A stretch of 64,000 bases of DNA from Bacteroidetes bacterium UBA1941 (GCA_002336805.1 DDEZ01000002.1:32631-96630), one strand, 5' to 3'. Counted from the first letter of the stretch, positions 9,468 to 19,515 are shown. Numbers and translations are program-made. The notes: generated from the sequence alone by a model not told the origin.

Positions 9468-10838
9468 CTAAGCCCTGATAGTAAAGAAGAATGTACTACC
9501 CTCTCCCGGGTAGCTCTCTACCCATATTTTGCCACCGTGTATCTCTACTATCTTCTTGCAGATAGCCAGGCCTAGCCCTGTGCCCTCATAGTCTTCTTCT
9601 TTGCTGTGCAGCCGCTTGAAGGCGTAAAAGATCCTGTCGTAGTAGTTTTTGTCTATGCCTATGCCATTGTCTTCTACGGAGAATAGATACATACCCTCGC
9701 TGAGTACATAGCGGATATTGACCACCGGTGCTATACCCTTGCGGTGGTATTTGATGGCATTGCCTATCAGGTTTTGCATCAGGGAAAACAGCAGCGTCTT
9801 GTCTGCCTGCACCACGGGCATATCCAGCTGCACATTGATCGTAGCGTGGGTGTCTGTGACCTCAGTCTCCAGCGCATCGCGCACCTGGTAGACCAGCTCG
9901 CTCATAGATACAGGCGTGAAATTCTTTTGCAGCACATTGATCTCAGAGTACTCTTTGATATCATTTATCAGGTCCTCCATCTGGCCCACACCTTTCTGCA
10001 CGTACTCAAAGTATTCCTCTACCTCTTTCTTGTGAGCCTCTGTAGTGCCGTTGTCATTATGCTTTTTGATCAGGGAGATAAAGCCGGATATATTTCTCAG
10101 CGGCTCGCGCAGGTCATGAGAGGTCAGGTAGGCAAATTCTTTGAGGCTCTCATTGCTCGACACGAGAAACCGCGTCTGCTCATCTATGGTCTGCTGCAGG
10201 TCTTCATTCTGCCGCTTGATCACGTCTCCCTGGGCTATAGCCTGTATGTATAGCTTCTCTATGAGCAGGATGAGCAGGCAGCTGATCACTGATGCAAATA
10301 TGACACTGGTGCAGGAGATGATAAAGTGCTCAGTAGTGTACATACGCAGCGTAGCCGTACCGCCTATCTGACGCAGTATGATCACATAGTGCAGGGTGAG
10401 TATACCGAGAAAGATACCCGAGAAATAAATGATAAGCCTGATACGGCGAAAGAACGAGATAAAAAGAAACAGGCAGCCGAGTATACACACCAGCGTCACA
10501 TACAGCCTGTAGCGGATAGCCGGGTCAGTGCGGGTCATATCAGTGAGCACTGTCTGTATGGTAAAGATGGTAATGATCGTGCCTATCAGCACCTTGCCGG
10601 CAGCGTCTATATCTCCGCGGCGAAACTGGTAGATAGCTGCCAGAGCACCGATGATACCCAGTACATCAGATAGCTGATATACCCCCCCGGAAAAAAAGAT
10701 GGAGTGCGACCCTAGCAGAAATGCAAAGAATCCCAGCACGGTCATAGAGGACAGCAGCAGATAGTAGGCCTTTTTCAGCTCGGCCTTGCTGCGCGAGCGG
10801 AAGGGCTCAAGGAAGTAATTTTTGATGCGTGTCCACAT
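9468..10838 (-). CDS. membrane sensor histidine kinase
   Basis: 456 aa. It has about 6 N-terminal TM helices, an H-box (LTSHDLREPLRNI), an N-box (NLIGNAIKY) and G-boxes (DNGIGI, GTGLGLAICKKIV). No response regulator is adjacent. Confidence 0.9.
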   Translation of the reverse strand: MWTRIKNYFLEPFRSRSKAELKKAYYLLLSSMTVLGFFAFLLGSHSIFFSGGVYQLSDVLGIIGALAAIYQFRRGDIDAAGKVLIGTIITIFTIQTVLTDMTRTDPAIRYRLYVTLVCILGCLFLFISFFRRIRLIIYFSGIFLGILTLHYVIILRQIGGTATLRMYTTEHFIISCTSVIFASVISCLLILLIEKLYIQAIAQGDVIKRQNEDLQQTIDEQTRFLVSSNESLKEFAYLTSHDLREPLRNISGFISLIKKHNDNGTTEAHKKEVEEYFEYVQKGVGQMEDLINDIKEYSEINVLQKNFTPVSMSELVYQVRDALETEVTDTHATINVQLDMPVVQADKTLLFSLMQNLIGNAIKYHRKGIAPVVNIRYVLSEGMYLFSVEDNGIGIDKNYYDRIFYAFKRLHSKEEDYEGTGLGLAICKKIVEIHGGKIWVESYPGEGSTFFFTIRA

Positions 10839-10939
10839 ACCGGGCTATAGTTTACGCAAAAGGTTCTGGAGCGTTACAACAAACACCTGTTATACAATAT
10901 AAATAAAACACATACAAGCAACAATCGCTGTCAGCGGCA

Positions 10940-12784
10940 CTATTTATTTTCAAAACGCTTGGCGAGCTCTTCTAGCGTGAAGCTGACAAAAGTAAAGTTG
11001 CCACCTGGCGCTGTATATGGCTTTTCACATGCGAAAAGTTCATCTATCAGGCTGGTCATTTCTTTATCTGACAGCACTTTGCCCGGCCTGATGGCGCTGC
11101 CGGCAGCCAATGTACGCGCCAGGTTCTCGCGCTTATTGAGTTTGGACACCGAGAGGCTTTTTTTGTACTGCTCCATCAGCTCCTCTATGATCTGGCGCTC
11201 ACCGCCGGCCACTATATCAGATGGGAATGCATGTATCACAAAACTCTGACGACCAAACTCCTGTATCTCAAATCCCAAGGCGTTGACATCATCCAGCATC
11301 TCGCGCATCACCTCTGTGTCTTCGGCATTGAGCTCTATGGTCTGAGGGAAGAGCTGCCGCTGGCTGGATCTGTTATTGTGCGCCATCTGCTGTATATACC
11401 GCTCAAAAAGGATGCGCTCATGCGCTGCCTGCTGGTCTATGAGTATAAAGCCTGACTTGATGTGAGATACTATATAGCGCCTGTGTAGCTGATAGGGCAC
11501 GGCTACCTCCTTGTGCAGCAGCGTATCGTCCTCCTGTGGTTGTATCAGGCTTTCTTGTCGGTCTGGCTTCTGAGCTGGTGTGGTGGTTTGAAATACCGTC
11601 TCCCAGTTGCGCATATTAGATTGCTCGCGCACATCGGTTTTGGGACGCTGTGACGAGATGGTCTCAGGATTCAGTACACGCTCTATATTGCGGGAGCTGC
11701 CATTGGTCACACCGCTGATCCATCCCGGCACCTGGTCAAAGGTTTTATTCTTATTCAGATGGTCCTCCTGATCAAAGTCCAGAGAAGGGGAAACGCTATA
11801 TGCTCCGAGGCCATGCTTCACCGCCAGGCTCACAAAGGTGTAAGCTAGCTTGTCATCATCAAATTTGATCTCGTACTTCTGCGGGTGTACATTGATATCG
11901 ATACGCTTGGGATCTATATCCAAAAAAAGTACATAGAACGGGAAGGCATCCTTTGGCAGCATCTGGTCGTAGGCAGCCATGATAGCGTGATGCAGGTAGG
12001 GCGACTTGATATACCGCTTGTTTACAAAGATATATTGCTCGCCGCGTGTCTTCTTGGCAAACTCCGGTTTACCTACAAAACCCTTCACCGTCAGTGCATA
12101 AGTCACCTCCTCTACTGGCACTATTTGCGAAGCATATTTGTCATCAAAGATGGCACAGATGCGCTGCTTCAGATTGCCTGCCCGGTAGTGGAATAGCTCC
12201 TGATCATTGCTATAAAACTGGAATCCCACACCTGGATGGGCCAGCGCTATGCGGGTAAACTCTTCAATAATATTTTTCAGCTCTGCGGGATCAGACTTGA
12301 GAAAATTGCGCCGGGCCGGCACATTGAAGAAAAGGTTTTTGACGCAGATGGATGTGCCCTCTGGTGTCTGGCAGGGCTCCTGCCTGGTCACCTTCATGCC
12401 CTCTATATCTATGCTGGTGCCCAGTGCCTCGCCGTGCAGTCGGGTGCGCAGCTCTACCTGTGCTATAGCGGCGATAGAGGCCAGCGCCTCTCCGCGAAAA
12501 CCCATGGTCCGGATATCAAAGAGGTCATCTGCCGTACGGATCTTAGACGTAGCGTGCTTCTCAAAGCACATGCGGGCATCGGTCTCGCTCATACCGGAGC
12601 CGTTGTCTATGACCTGCAGGAGCGTTTTGCCGGCACCTTTTACGATCACTTTGATGTGGCTGGCACCTGAGTCTATGGCGTTTTCCATTAGCTCCTTGAT
12701 AGCCGATGCCGGGCGCTGTATCACCTCACCTGCGGCGATCTGATTTGCGATTACATCTGGGAGGAGTTGGATCTTGTCAGCCAT
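10940..12784 (-). CDS. mutL: DNA mismatch repair protein MutL
   Basis: 614 aa. The N-terminus IQLLPDVIANQIAAGEVIQRPASAIKELMENAIDSGA is the canonical GHKL ATPase of MutL. The C-terminal dimerisation domain is present. Confidence 0.95.
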   Translation of the reverse strand: MADKIQLLPDVIANQIAAGEVIQRPASAIKELMENAIDSGASHIKVIVKGAGKTLLQVIDNGSGMSETDARMCFEKHATSKIRTADDLFDIRTMGFRGEALASIAAIAQVELRTRLHGEALGTSIDIEGMKVTRQEPCQTPEGTSICVKNLFFNVPARRNFLKSDPAELKNIIEEFTRIALAHPGVGFQFYSNDQELFHYRAGNLKQRICAIFDDKYASQIVPVEEVTYALTVKGFVGKPEFAKKTRGEQYIFVNKRYIKSPYLHHAIMAAYDQMLPKDAFPFYVLFLDIDPKRIDINVHPQKYEIKFDDDKLAYTFVSLAVKHGLGAYSVSPSLDFDQEDHLNKNKTFDQVPGWISGVTNGSSRNIERVLNPETISSQRPKTDVREQSNMRNWETVFQTTTPAQKPDRQESLIQPQEDDTLLHKEVAVPYQLHRRYIVSHIKSGFILIDQQAAHERILFERYIQQMAHNNRSSQRQLFPQTIELNAEDTEVMREMLDDVNALGFEIQEFGRQSFVIHAFPSDIVAGGERQIIEELMEQYKKSLSVSKLNKRENLARTLAAGSAIRPGKVLSDKEMTSLIDELFACEKPYTAPGGNFTFVSFTLEELAKRFENK

Positions 12785-12831
12785 AAAAAAACGGGCTGCA
12801 AAGGTAGGAAAATCAATGAAGGTTTAGGGTG

Positions 12832-13728
12832 TCACGCGGCTTTGGCTTCGCTATCCTCCTTAGCTTTTCTCTCCAGCCTCATAGACTTAGAGCGATACTT
12901 AGGCATGAAAAGGCTCAGCACATACGTTTTGCCCAAGTAGCCCCAGAAGCTTTTCTCATACAGGTGTGGAGCTATTTTATCTGCTATCTTGGCGTGCTCC
13001 TCCGGTGCCTGGCTCCAGTGCAGCGAGGCACGATAGTGGTGGATGGTGTGATAGCCATTATTGAAAAGGAATGCATTCACCCACATGAAGTTACGGCTAT
13101 GGTTCCACTCTGACAGCTCATCAGCGTGTACGTGTTGTACATAGTTGAATACGATCACAGTGATCTGAGATACCTGCTGCGGTATCAGTATGAACAAAAG
13201 CGCTTTTTTCCAGTTCCATACAAAGAAAGCGACGGTCCAGATCAGTAGCACTGCCAGCTGCATCCAGTTTTCGCGGTATTGCGCAGGATTCTTCTCCTTC
13301 AGCTCGCGCATGTAGGGGAAGATACTCTCCTTCATCTGGTTTTTGCCGCTGATAGTAGGATACATGAGCAGGGAGGTCAGGTCATTGTCCTCAGTATGGC
13401 GGTAGGTACGGGTCACATCACCTTCTTTATTATTGTAGCGGTGGTGGTTGCGATTGTGAGTAGGTATCCAGACGAAAATGGGCAAGCCATAAAATACTGT
13501 GAGCCACCAGTCCGTCAATATGTTGAGCGTCTTATTGGTCCAGATGTTGATGTGATTGTGATTGTGCGTGATCACTGCTACCGACACGGCAAAGTGCAGG
13601 TAGACGATATAAGCGATCCAAGACAGTGGGCTATGGATATCGAAGCCATAGTACCACTGCGCAGCAAACATGGCAGTGATGATGGCAAAATAAAGTAGGA
13701 CCCGGAGATCGGCTTTGAATTTCAGCAT
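12832..13728 (-). CDS. membrane fatty-acid desaturase family protein
   Basis: Three histidine boxes are present (HNHNH, HNRNHH, HTIHH), with TM helices. I place the start at the ATG at 13728 (MLKFKADL) rather than the longest ORF. Confidence 0.8.
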   Translation of the reverse strand: MLKFKADLRVLLYFAIITAMFAAQWYYGFDIHSPLSWIAYIVYLHFAVSVAVITHNHNHINIWTNKTLNILTDWWLTVFYGLPIFVWIPTHNRNHHRYNNKEGDVTRTYRHTEDNDLTSLLMYPTISGKNQMKESIFPYMRELKEKNPAQYRENWMQLAVLLIWTVAFFVWNWKKALLFILIPQQVSQITVIVFNYVQHVHADELSEWNHSRNFMWVNAFLFNNGYHTIHHYRASLHWSQAPEEHAKIADKIAPHLYEKSFWGYLGKTYVLSLFMPKYRSKSMRLERKAKEDSEAKAA

Positions 13729-13844
13729 AGTAGAAAACTGAACGTGCAATATAACAGAACGGTATGCGGGGGCAGGCCAGGTCACGGCAGTCAGGGGTAT
13801 TTTATAGGCGAGTAGCATCAGCCTGTGTCATAACATTGGTTCAT

Positions 13845-13852
13845 TACATTTG
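13845..13852 (+). promoter_or_regulatory. candidate Bacteroidota -7 promoter box (TAnnTTTG) upstream of bshA
   Basis: TACATTTG lies 16 nt upstream of the ATG. The motif is from established Bacteroidota sigma-A promoter knowledge. No TSS data are available. Confidence 0.35.
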
Positions 13853-13867
13853 CATTAATATCGCAGT

Positions 13868-15010
13868 ATGAAAGTTGGTATCGTTTGTTATCCTACCTAC
13901 GGTGGTAGTGGAGTAGTAGCTACCGAGCTGGGTATGGCGCTGGCCCGTGAGGGCCATAAGGTGCACTTTATCACCTACCATGAGCCTGTACGCCTGGATA
14001 GCTTTCATGAGAATGTTTTTTACCATGAGGTGTCTGCGCTGGACTATCCGCTTTTCCAATATCAGCCCTATGAGTCAGCGTTGGCCAGCAAGATCGTAGA
14101 CGTAGTCAAATTTGAAAAGCTGGACATCCTGCACGTACACTATGCCATCCCCCATGCATCCGCAGCACTCATGGCCAAGTCCATCCTGCGCGAAGATGGT
14201 GTGCGGATACCATTCATCACCACACTGCACGGCACAGATATCACACTGGTGGGCCGCGACCCCAGCTACCGGCCGGTAGTAGAGTACTCGCTCAATCACT
14301 CTGACGGCATCACCTCTGTGTCCCAGAGCCTCAAAGATGATACACTGCAGAACTTTAAACTGCGCCGCAACATTGAGGTGATTCCCAATTTTATCGATTT
14401 CTCCCGCTTCAAAAAGACCAATAAAGAGCATTTCAAAAAAGCTATCGCGCCTGGTGGCGAAAAGATCATCATGCACGTGTCAAACTTCCGAAAAGTGAAG
14501 CGCGTGGAGGACGTCGTCATGATGTTTGACCGCGTGGTGAAACAGATCCCGTCCAAGCTGCTACTGGTAGGCGATGGCCCGGAGCGCGCCAACTGTGAGC
14601 GTCTGTGCCGTGAGCTCGGAAACTGTAACGACGTAAGATTTTTGGGCAAGCAAGATGCTATAGAAGACCTGCTGGCTATCGCCGACCTCTTTGTGCTCCC
14701 GTCAGAGCAGGAGAGCTTTGGCCTGGCTGCACTGGAGGCTATGGCCTGTGAGGTACCCGTCATCTCCTCCAATGCAGGTGGTATACCGGAGATCAATATA
14801 CACGGCGAGACCGGCTTTCTCAGCCCTGTAGGAGATGTGGAAGATATGGCCCGCAACGCTACCTACATACTGAGCGATGAAAACCGCCTGGCACAGTTTA
14901 AAAAGAATGCCTACGCCCAGGCCAGGCGCTTTGACATAGAGCAGATACTGCCGGTATATGAAAACTACTACCAGCAGGTGCTGAGTATCTCCGAGCCTGT
15001 AGTGATCTGA
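13868..15010 (+). CDS. bshA: N-acetyl-alpha-D-glucosaminyl L-malate synthase (bacillithiol biosynthesis GT4 glycosyltransferase)
   Basis: 380 aa. MKVGIVCYPTYGGSGVVATELG, TTLHGTDITLVG, HVSNFRKVKRVEDV, LLLVGDGPE and ESFGLAALEAMAC..P line up along the whole length with my recollection of Bacillus subtilis BshA. Confidence 0.85.
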   Translation: MKVGIVCYPTYGGSGVVATELGMALAREGHKVHFITYHEPVRLDSFHENVFYHEVSALDYPLFQYQPYESALASKIVDVVKFEKLDILHVHYAIPHASAALMAKSILREDGVRIPFITTLHGTDITLVGRDPSYRPVVEYSLNHSDGITSVSQSLKDDTLQNFKLRRNIEVIPNFIDFSRFKKTNKEHFKKAIAPGGEKIIMHVSNFRKVKRVEDVVMMFDRVVKQIPSKLLLVGDGPERANCERLCRELGNCNDVRFLGKQDAIEDLLAIADLFVLPSEQESFGLAALEAMACEVPVISSNAGGIPEINIHGETGFLSPVGDVEDMARNATYILSDENRLAQFKKNAYAQARRFDIEQILPVYENYYQQVLSISEPVVI

Positions 15011-15162
15011 CCCTGCGTGGTGTGGTTTTTGTGGCTTCTGCGCCCAAAGTACCGATGTCACTATGACCCGCAGCGGTACAATGGGTCGGAACATCAGCGC
15101 TCACCTCAGTAGGGTCTAGCGATCCTGATAATTATCTGCCTCCCTATTTCAAAAGCATATCT

Positions 15163-15170
15163 TACATTTG
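15163..15170 (+). promoter_or_regulatory. candidate Bacteroidota -7 promoter box upstream of gcvT
   Basis: TACATTTG lies 20 nt upstream of the ATG. Confidence 0.35.
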
Positions 15171-15189
15171 GCCCACTCAAAATCAAGAT

Positions 15190-16266
15190 ATGCAAAACAC
15201 CTCACTCACACACTTGCACCAATCTCTCGGGGCTAAGATGGTCCCATTTGCCGGATATAACATGCCTGTATCTTATGCCGGTATCACTCAGGAGCACAAC
15301 GCAGTGCGTAATAGTATCGGTGTATTTGATGTATCACACATGGGTGAGTTTATAGTCAGTGGCCCTAAGGCGCTGGACCTCATACAGCTAGTCACTACTA
15401 ATGATGCATCAAAACTGACAGATGGCAAGGTGCAGTACTCCTGCATGACCAATGATCAAGGTGGTATAGTAGATGACCTGCTGGTGTATCGTATCAATGC
15501 CGAGAAATATTACCTGGTAGTCAATGCATCTAACATAGAGAAGGATTGGAACTGGATCAGCCAGCACAATTCATTTGGTGCAGACATGCAGAATGTAAGC
15601 GCCGCCACCAGCCTGCTGGCTGTACAGGGACCCAACGCTATCAAGGCACTGCAAAAGCTGACTGATGTGGACCTGAGCGCCATACCATACTATGCATTTG
15701 CCATCGGCACCTTTGCCGGTATCTCAGATGTGATCATCTCCAATACGGGCTATACGGGCTCAGGTGGTTTTGAGCTCTATGTAAAAAACGAAGATGCTGA
15801 AAAGCTGTGGTATGCAGTGTTTGAGGCGGGCAATGAATATAGCATACAGCCATGTGGCCTGGGCTGCCGCGACACGCTCCGTCTGGAGAAAGCATTTTGC
15901 CTCTATGGCAATGACATCAATGACACCACCTCTCCTATAGAGGCTGGCCTCGGCTGGATCACAAAGTTCACTAAGCCATTCGTGCATTCAGATTACCACA
16001 AACAGCTGAAAGAAACGGGCGTAGCTAAAAAGCTGGTGGGCTTTGAGATGATAGACCGCGGTATACCACGCCAGCATTACAAGATCAAAGACGCAGCAGG
16101 TAATGAAATAGGCGAGGTAACCTCCGGTACTCAGTCTCCCACGCTCAACAAAGCTATCGGCCTCGGCTATGTCAAAACTGAATTTTCTACCACCGGTACA
16201 GAGATCTATATCGACATCCGCAATACGCTCGTGAAGGCACAGGTATTGAAAACTCCGTTTCTCTGA
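15190..16266 (+). CDS. gcvT: glycine cleavage system aminomethyltransferase (T protein)
   Basis: 358 aa with [40 protein letters not shown] and [11 protein letters not shown]. Confidence 0.95.
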   Translation: MQNTSLTHLHQSLGAKMVPFAGYNMPVSYAGITQEHNAVRNSIGVFDVSHMGEFIVSGPKALDLIQLVTTNDASKLTDGKVQYSCMTNDQGGIVDDLLVYRINAEKYYLVVNASNIEKDWNWISQHNSFGADMQNVSAATSLLAVQGPNAIKALQKLTDVDLSAIPYYAFAIGTFAGISDVIISNTGYTGSGGFELYVKNEDAEKLWYAVFEAGNEYSIQPCGLGCRDTLRLEKAFCLYGNDINDTTSPIEAGLGWITKFTKPFVHSDYHKQLKETGVAKKLVGFEMIDRGIPRQHYKIKDAAGNEIGEVTSGTQSPTLNKAIGLGYVKTEFSTTGTEIYIDIRNTLVKAQVLKTPFL

Positions 16267-16573
16267 TCTGTTTCTTCCTTTAGAAAACAGAGTATACGCG
16301 CGCACTACAAGGCGAATCAGTCATACTGAGCACCGTTCAGGTTTCCATCCATCCTCACAAAGTATGCACACACTACCAATAGAAAACGGGAAGCATCCCG
16401 ACCTTTCAAGGTAATCTTATACTCAGGCCTTTCCATGTCTCACATTCTGTGTACATAGACGGAGTGGCACATTTACATAGAAACAACCAATCTTCTTTGT
16501 ATATGAGTTATTGTCATGTACAACAACGTTTCTTACGACCAACTTGCGCATTTTTACGCCATCATCAATTTCA

Positions 16574-16789
16574 ATGAGCGATAAAATATTCCTTGCCAAA
16601 TTAGGTGCGAAGATCAGGAAGATACGTAAGGAAAAGAGCCTTTCTCTCGATAAGCTTGCTGCACTTTGCGACTATGAAAAGGCCAACTTATCGCGTATAG
16701 AATCCGGTAAAACCAATACAACTATCCTCACCCTCTACACCCTCAGCAGGGTGATGGGTGTTAAAGTCAGCGACTTCTTTGAGGACTGA
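16574..16789 (+). CDS. XRE-family helix-turn-helix transcriptional regulator (small)
   Basis: LAKLGAKIRKIRKEKSLSLDKLAALCDYEKANLSRIESGKTNTTILTLYTLSRVMGVKVSDFFED is a Cro/C1-type HTH. I place the start at the ATG at 16574. Confidence 0.8.
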   Translation: MSDKIFLAKLGAKIRKIRKEKSLSLDKLAALCDYEKANLSRIESGKTNTTILTLYTLSRVMGVKVSDFFED

Positions 16790-16962
16790 TTACCAGTTGA
16801 TTGCGATTTTTTGGGGCCATCCACATTAACATTCTTGCCACTTTTGGCACGGTGTTGGCATTTTCTACAATACCCACACATTACACAGCTGTTCGCTCTG
16901 AGCAGTATGTTATTACTTATTAAAACATTCTGACATGCAAACATGTACCTAAATTCTGTATT

Positions 16963-17220
16963 ATGATCAGCAACAAAGGTTCATTTTTAGAAAAACTGGG
17001 GGCCAATATCAGGCGCTTTCGCAAGGAGAGGAATATGTCTCTCGACACTCTCGCAGCACTGTGTGACTATGAGAAGGCAAACCTGTCACGTATAGAGTCC
17101 GGCAAGACAAATGCGACTGTCTATACTTTGTATAACATCAGTAAGGTAATGGGCATAGAAATGTGCAAATTCTTTGAGGATCGCAACAATGAGCACCCTG
17201 ACACGATCAATACGGCTTAA
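16963..17220 (+). CDS. XRE-family helix-turn-helix transcriptional regulator, tandem paralogue
   Basis: LEKLGANIRRFRKERNMSLDTLAALCDYEKANLSRIESGKTNATVYTLYNISKVMGIEMCKFFED is roughly 70 percent identical by eye to the upstream regulator. Confidence 0.8.
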   Translation: MISNKGSFLEKLGANIRRFRKERNMSLDTLAALCDYEKANLSRIESGKTNATVYTLYNISKVMGIEMCKFFEDRNNEHPDTINTA

Positions 17221-17693
17221 TAGCCTATGGTCATGACGATGGTTTTATCAGGCGTATTTACTTGGATCTTAGCATCCTTAAACCTGGGCAGAAACAAGCC
17301 CTTTGCATCATTAGATATTGCGATGCCTTCTTTAGGGATACCTATCACACTCAGGTCGAGGCGATGGTTAGCATTCTCATCATGGTAGGCAGCCAGCGCA
17401 TACTCGCCATAAGGTATGTTCTTAAAGGTTACTTCTGCATAGCCCTTGCTGATATGTGTCCATAGATTGCTGTAGCACTTATCCGGCTTATCCGGAAAAG
17501 TGTATGCATTATTATAGAGAATGATATTGGTCACGCCATTATCACTTTTAAAATTGCGAAGGATGACACGGAGGTTACCTGTCTGCGCTGGTGCTGTCAC
17601 TGCGGCTGGCGGAGTAGTCTCCGCTGCTGGGCCCTGAGAGCCAAAGGCAAAGAACGAACTCATCATGATCAGCACAAAGATCGATTTGGTCAT
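17217..17693 (-). CDS. DUF2141-like secreted protein
   Basis: 158 aa. It has a signal peptide, then YALAAYHDENANHRLDLSVIGIPKEGIAISNDAKG...PRFKDAKIQV, which is the DUF2141 pattern as I recall it. Confidence 0.6.
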   Translation of the reverse strand: MTKSIFVLIMMSSFFAFGSQGPAAETTPPAAVTAPAQTGNLRVILRNFKSDNGVTNIILYNNAYTFPDKPDKCYSNLWTHISKGYAEVTFKNIPYGEYALAAYHDENANHRLDLSVIGIPKEGIAISNDAKGLFLPRFKDAKIQVNTPDKTIVMTIGY

Positions 17694-18007
17694 ATGTATC
17701 GCTCTAATGTTTGGTTAAAGATTTATCCCTGGCCCAAGGGGATGCAAATATAGCTAAGCTGCGAATTTCAGCAAACATAGGCACTGCCTCATTTTGAGCA
17801 TCCCGATGGCTTTGCTAATGGTATTGCGGTTTTCAAAAAGCATGCTTCAATGCTCGGACACCCTGGGTTTTAACTCATTTTACCATTCGAAACCAGCGCA
17901 CAAAAGACTTTTTGTAATAAATACAGGCTAAAAACGTAACCCCTGTAGATATCACTCGTAAGCTATACACAGAGAGTAAAAGTTTTAATGCTTGTTTAGT
18001 TAATCAA

Positions 18008-18036
18008 AGAAAGGTGGCCCGTAAGCCACCTTTTTT
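18008..18036 (+). terminator. rho-independent terminator-like hairpin with no annotated gene upstream on its strand
   Basis: AAAGGTGGCccgtaaGCCACCTTTTTT has a 6-bp GC-rich stem (or a longer A/T-extended one) followed by T6. Confidence 0.5.
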
Positions 18037-18118
18037 AATCTCAGCCTCCCAAGAAAAGATGGCAAACTGAAACATAATGACACTCCGCCCGTACATCTAT
18101 ACAATAAACACCTTTATT

Positions 18119-18574
18119 ATGACCAGATCCATACTCTTCATCACAGCCCTGATCTTTTCTTTCCAGTCTACATTTGCCGGCACAGGAGCAGATGCTACTA
18201 CCCGCAAAGATGGCAAGGAGTGGCTCTTCAAACCTCTCGCATCTACTGACGTGAGCCTGGAGGTAGAGCGTATAGGTGGAGAGGTGATGGTGCATCTCTA
18301 CTCTCAGAATATGAGGAATGTAGATGTGATCTATGTAGAAAAGAGCAACGATCCTACATCTGGTTTTGCCCGCTGCCAGTCTGTAAAGGTGTCAGACTTT
18401 CTGATCAAGAGCAAAAACTATATAGAAGTGGCTGATGCCAACCCGGGATCATCTAACGTAGACTCATACTACAGGATACGCACTATCAGTACCAAGGGAG
18501 AAACCAAAACATATACCCCGGTAGACCTCGCTCCGCTCTATCAGGTAGATCCGCTGGAGGTGGTAGAAAAATAA
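18119..18574 (+). CDS. hypothetical secreted protein
   Basis: It has a signal peptide (MTRSILFITALIFSFQSTFA) and no motif I recognise. A strong terminator follows. Confidence 0.5.
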   Translation: MTRSILFITALIFSFQSTFAGTGADATTRKDGKEWLFKPLASTDVSLEVERIGGEVMVHLYSQNMRNVDVIYVEKSNDPTSGFARCQSVKVSDFLIKSKNYIEVADANPGSSNVDSYYRIRTISTKGETKTYTPVDLAPLYQVDPLEVVEK

Positions 18575-18596
18575 TAAGACCTTTTCATATCAATCT

Positions 18597-18621
18597 AAAA
18601 GCCCTCAAATGAGGGCTTTTT
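18597..18621 (+). terminator. rho-independent terminator after the hypothetical secreted protein gene
   Basis: AAAAGCCCTCaaatGAGGGCTTTTT. Confidence 0.7.
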
Positions 18622-18675
18622 ATTTTTCCTCCTATCTGATTGGGCAAGTATCAGCCAATAGTCATAAGTTGTGGC

Positions 18676-19515
18676 GTGAAAAAGAGATACTTCATCCATC
18701 TGGCATATGATGGCACCGGCTACTGCGGGTGGCAGGTCCAGAATAACGGAGATACCGTACAGGGTAAACTAAACTTTGCCCTATCGCGCCTGCTCAGCAG
18801 CCCTATATCCACCGGCGGCTGCGGCCGCACTGATGCAGGGGTCCACGCGACAGACTTCTATGCTCACTTTGAGACAGACCGCGAGCTGGATGAGAAGTTT
18901 ACCTTCCGGCTCAACTCTGTCCTGCCCCAGGACATAAGGATCTTTTCTATCATACCCGTGCATGAGAAGTCAAATACGCGTTTTGATGCTATCAGTCGCA
19001 CCTATGAGTACTACCTGCACTTTGAGAAAAACCCATTCCTCCGGCACTACAGCACGCAGGTGCACGCACGCGAGCTGGACTGGAATAAAATCTATGAGGC
19101 TACGGCCATGATACCCAGCTTTGGAGACTACACCTCTCTCTGCCGGCCCAGCGAAGACTTTAAGACCAACCTATGTGATGTGACGGAGGCGCGCTGGGAC
19201 AGGGTGGTGCGCCCTGGCATAGCAGGAGACGGGCAGGATGAATTTATGCGGCTCACTATCACTTCCAATCGCTTTCTGCGCGGCATGATCCGCAAAATAG
19301 TAGGAGTGCTCATTCTTATAGGTCGCGACAAGCTGTCTATAGCTGACTACAAGCGGATAGTAGAAGCAAAAGAGGAATTCCCGTTTGGGATATCTTCTCC
19401 GCCGCAGGGCCTCTATCTCACCAAGGTGATCTATCGGGATGGTGTGCTGGAAGGTCGGGCCATAGACCGCAGCCGCAAACCAGTAGAAGAGTCTCAATCC
19501 GAAGAAGAGGAATAG
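18676..19515 (+). CDS. truA: tRNA pseudouridine(38-40) synthase
   Basis: RYFIHLAYDGTGYCGWQVQ and GCGRTDAGVHA (catalytic Asp) are present. The start is probably the GTG at 18676; the track's longest ORF starts at a TTG at 18640. The C-terminal tail is acidic. Confidence 0.9.
   Translation: MKKRYFIHLAYDGTGYCGWQVQNNGDTVQGKLNFALSRLLSSPISTGGCGRTDAGVHATDFYAHFETDRELDEKFTFRLNSVLPQDIRIFSIIPVHEKSNTRFDAISRTYEYYLHFEKNPFLRHYSTQVHARELDWNKIYEATAMIPSFGDYTSLCRPSEDFKTNLCDVTEARWDRVVRPGIAGDGQDEFMRLTITSNRFLRGMIRKIVGVLILIGRDKLSIADYKRIVEAKEEFPFGISSPPQGLYLTKVIYRDGVLEGRAIDRSRKPVEESQSEEEE

Noticed and set aside
12236-12743. Plus-strand ORFs of 144 and 164 aa lie inside mutL. Similar long antisense ORFs lie inside the RND pump (for example 35405-36046 and 36401-37144), the DUF4397-like gene, lpxD, the M61 peptidase, mnmG and the esterase.
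   Set aside because: All lie fully within genes that have strong family motifs on the other strand. They are Arg/His/Leu-rich and lack motifs, as expected for shadow ORFs.
15011-15189. A glycine riboswitch upstream of gcvT.
   Set aside because: I could not find the conserved glycine-aptamer core elements (GGAGAG ... CACCG ... type) in the 180-nt leader. Only a TAnnTTTG-type promoter box is evident.
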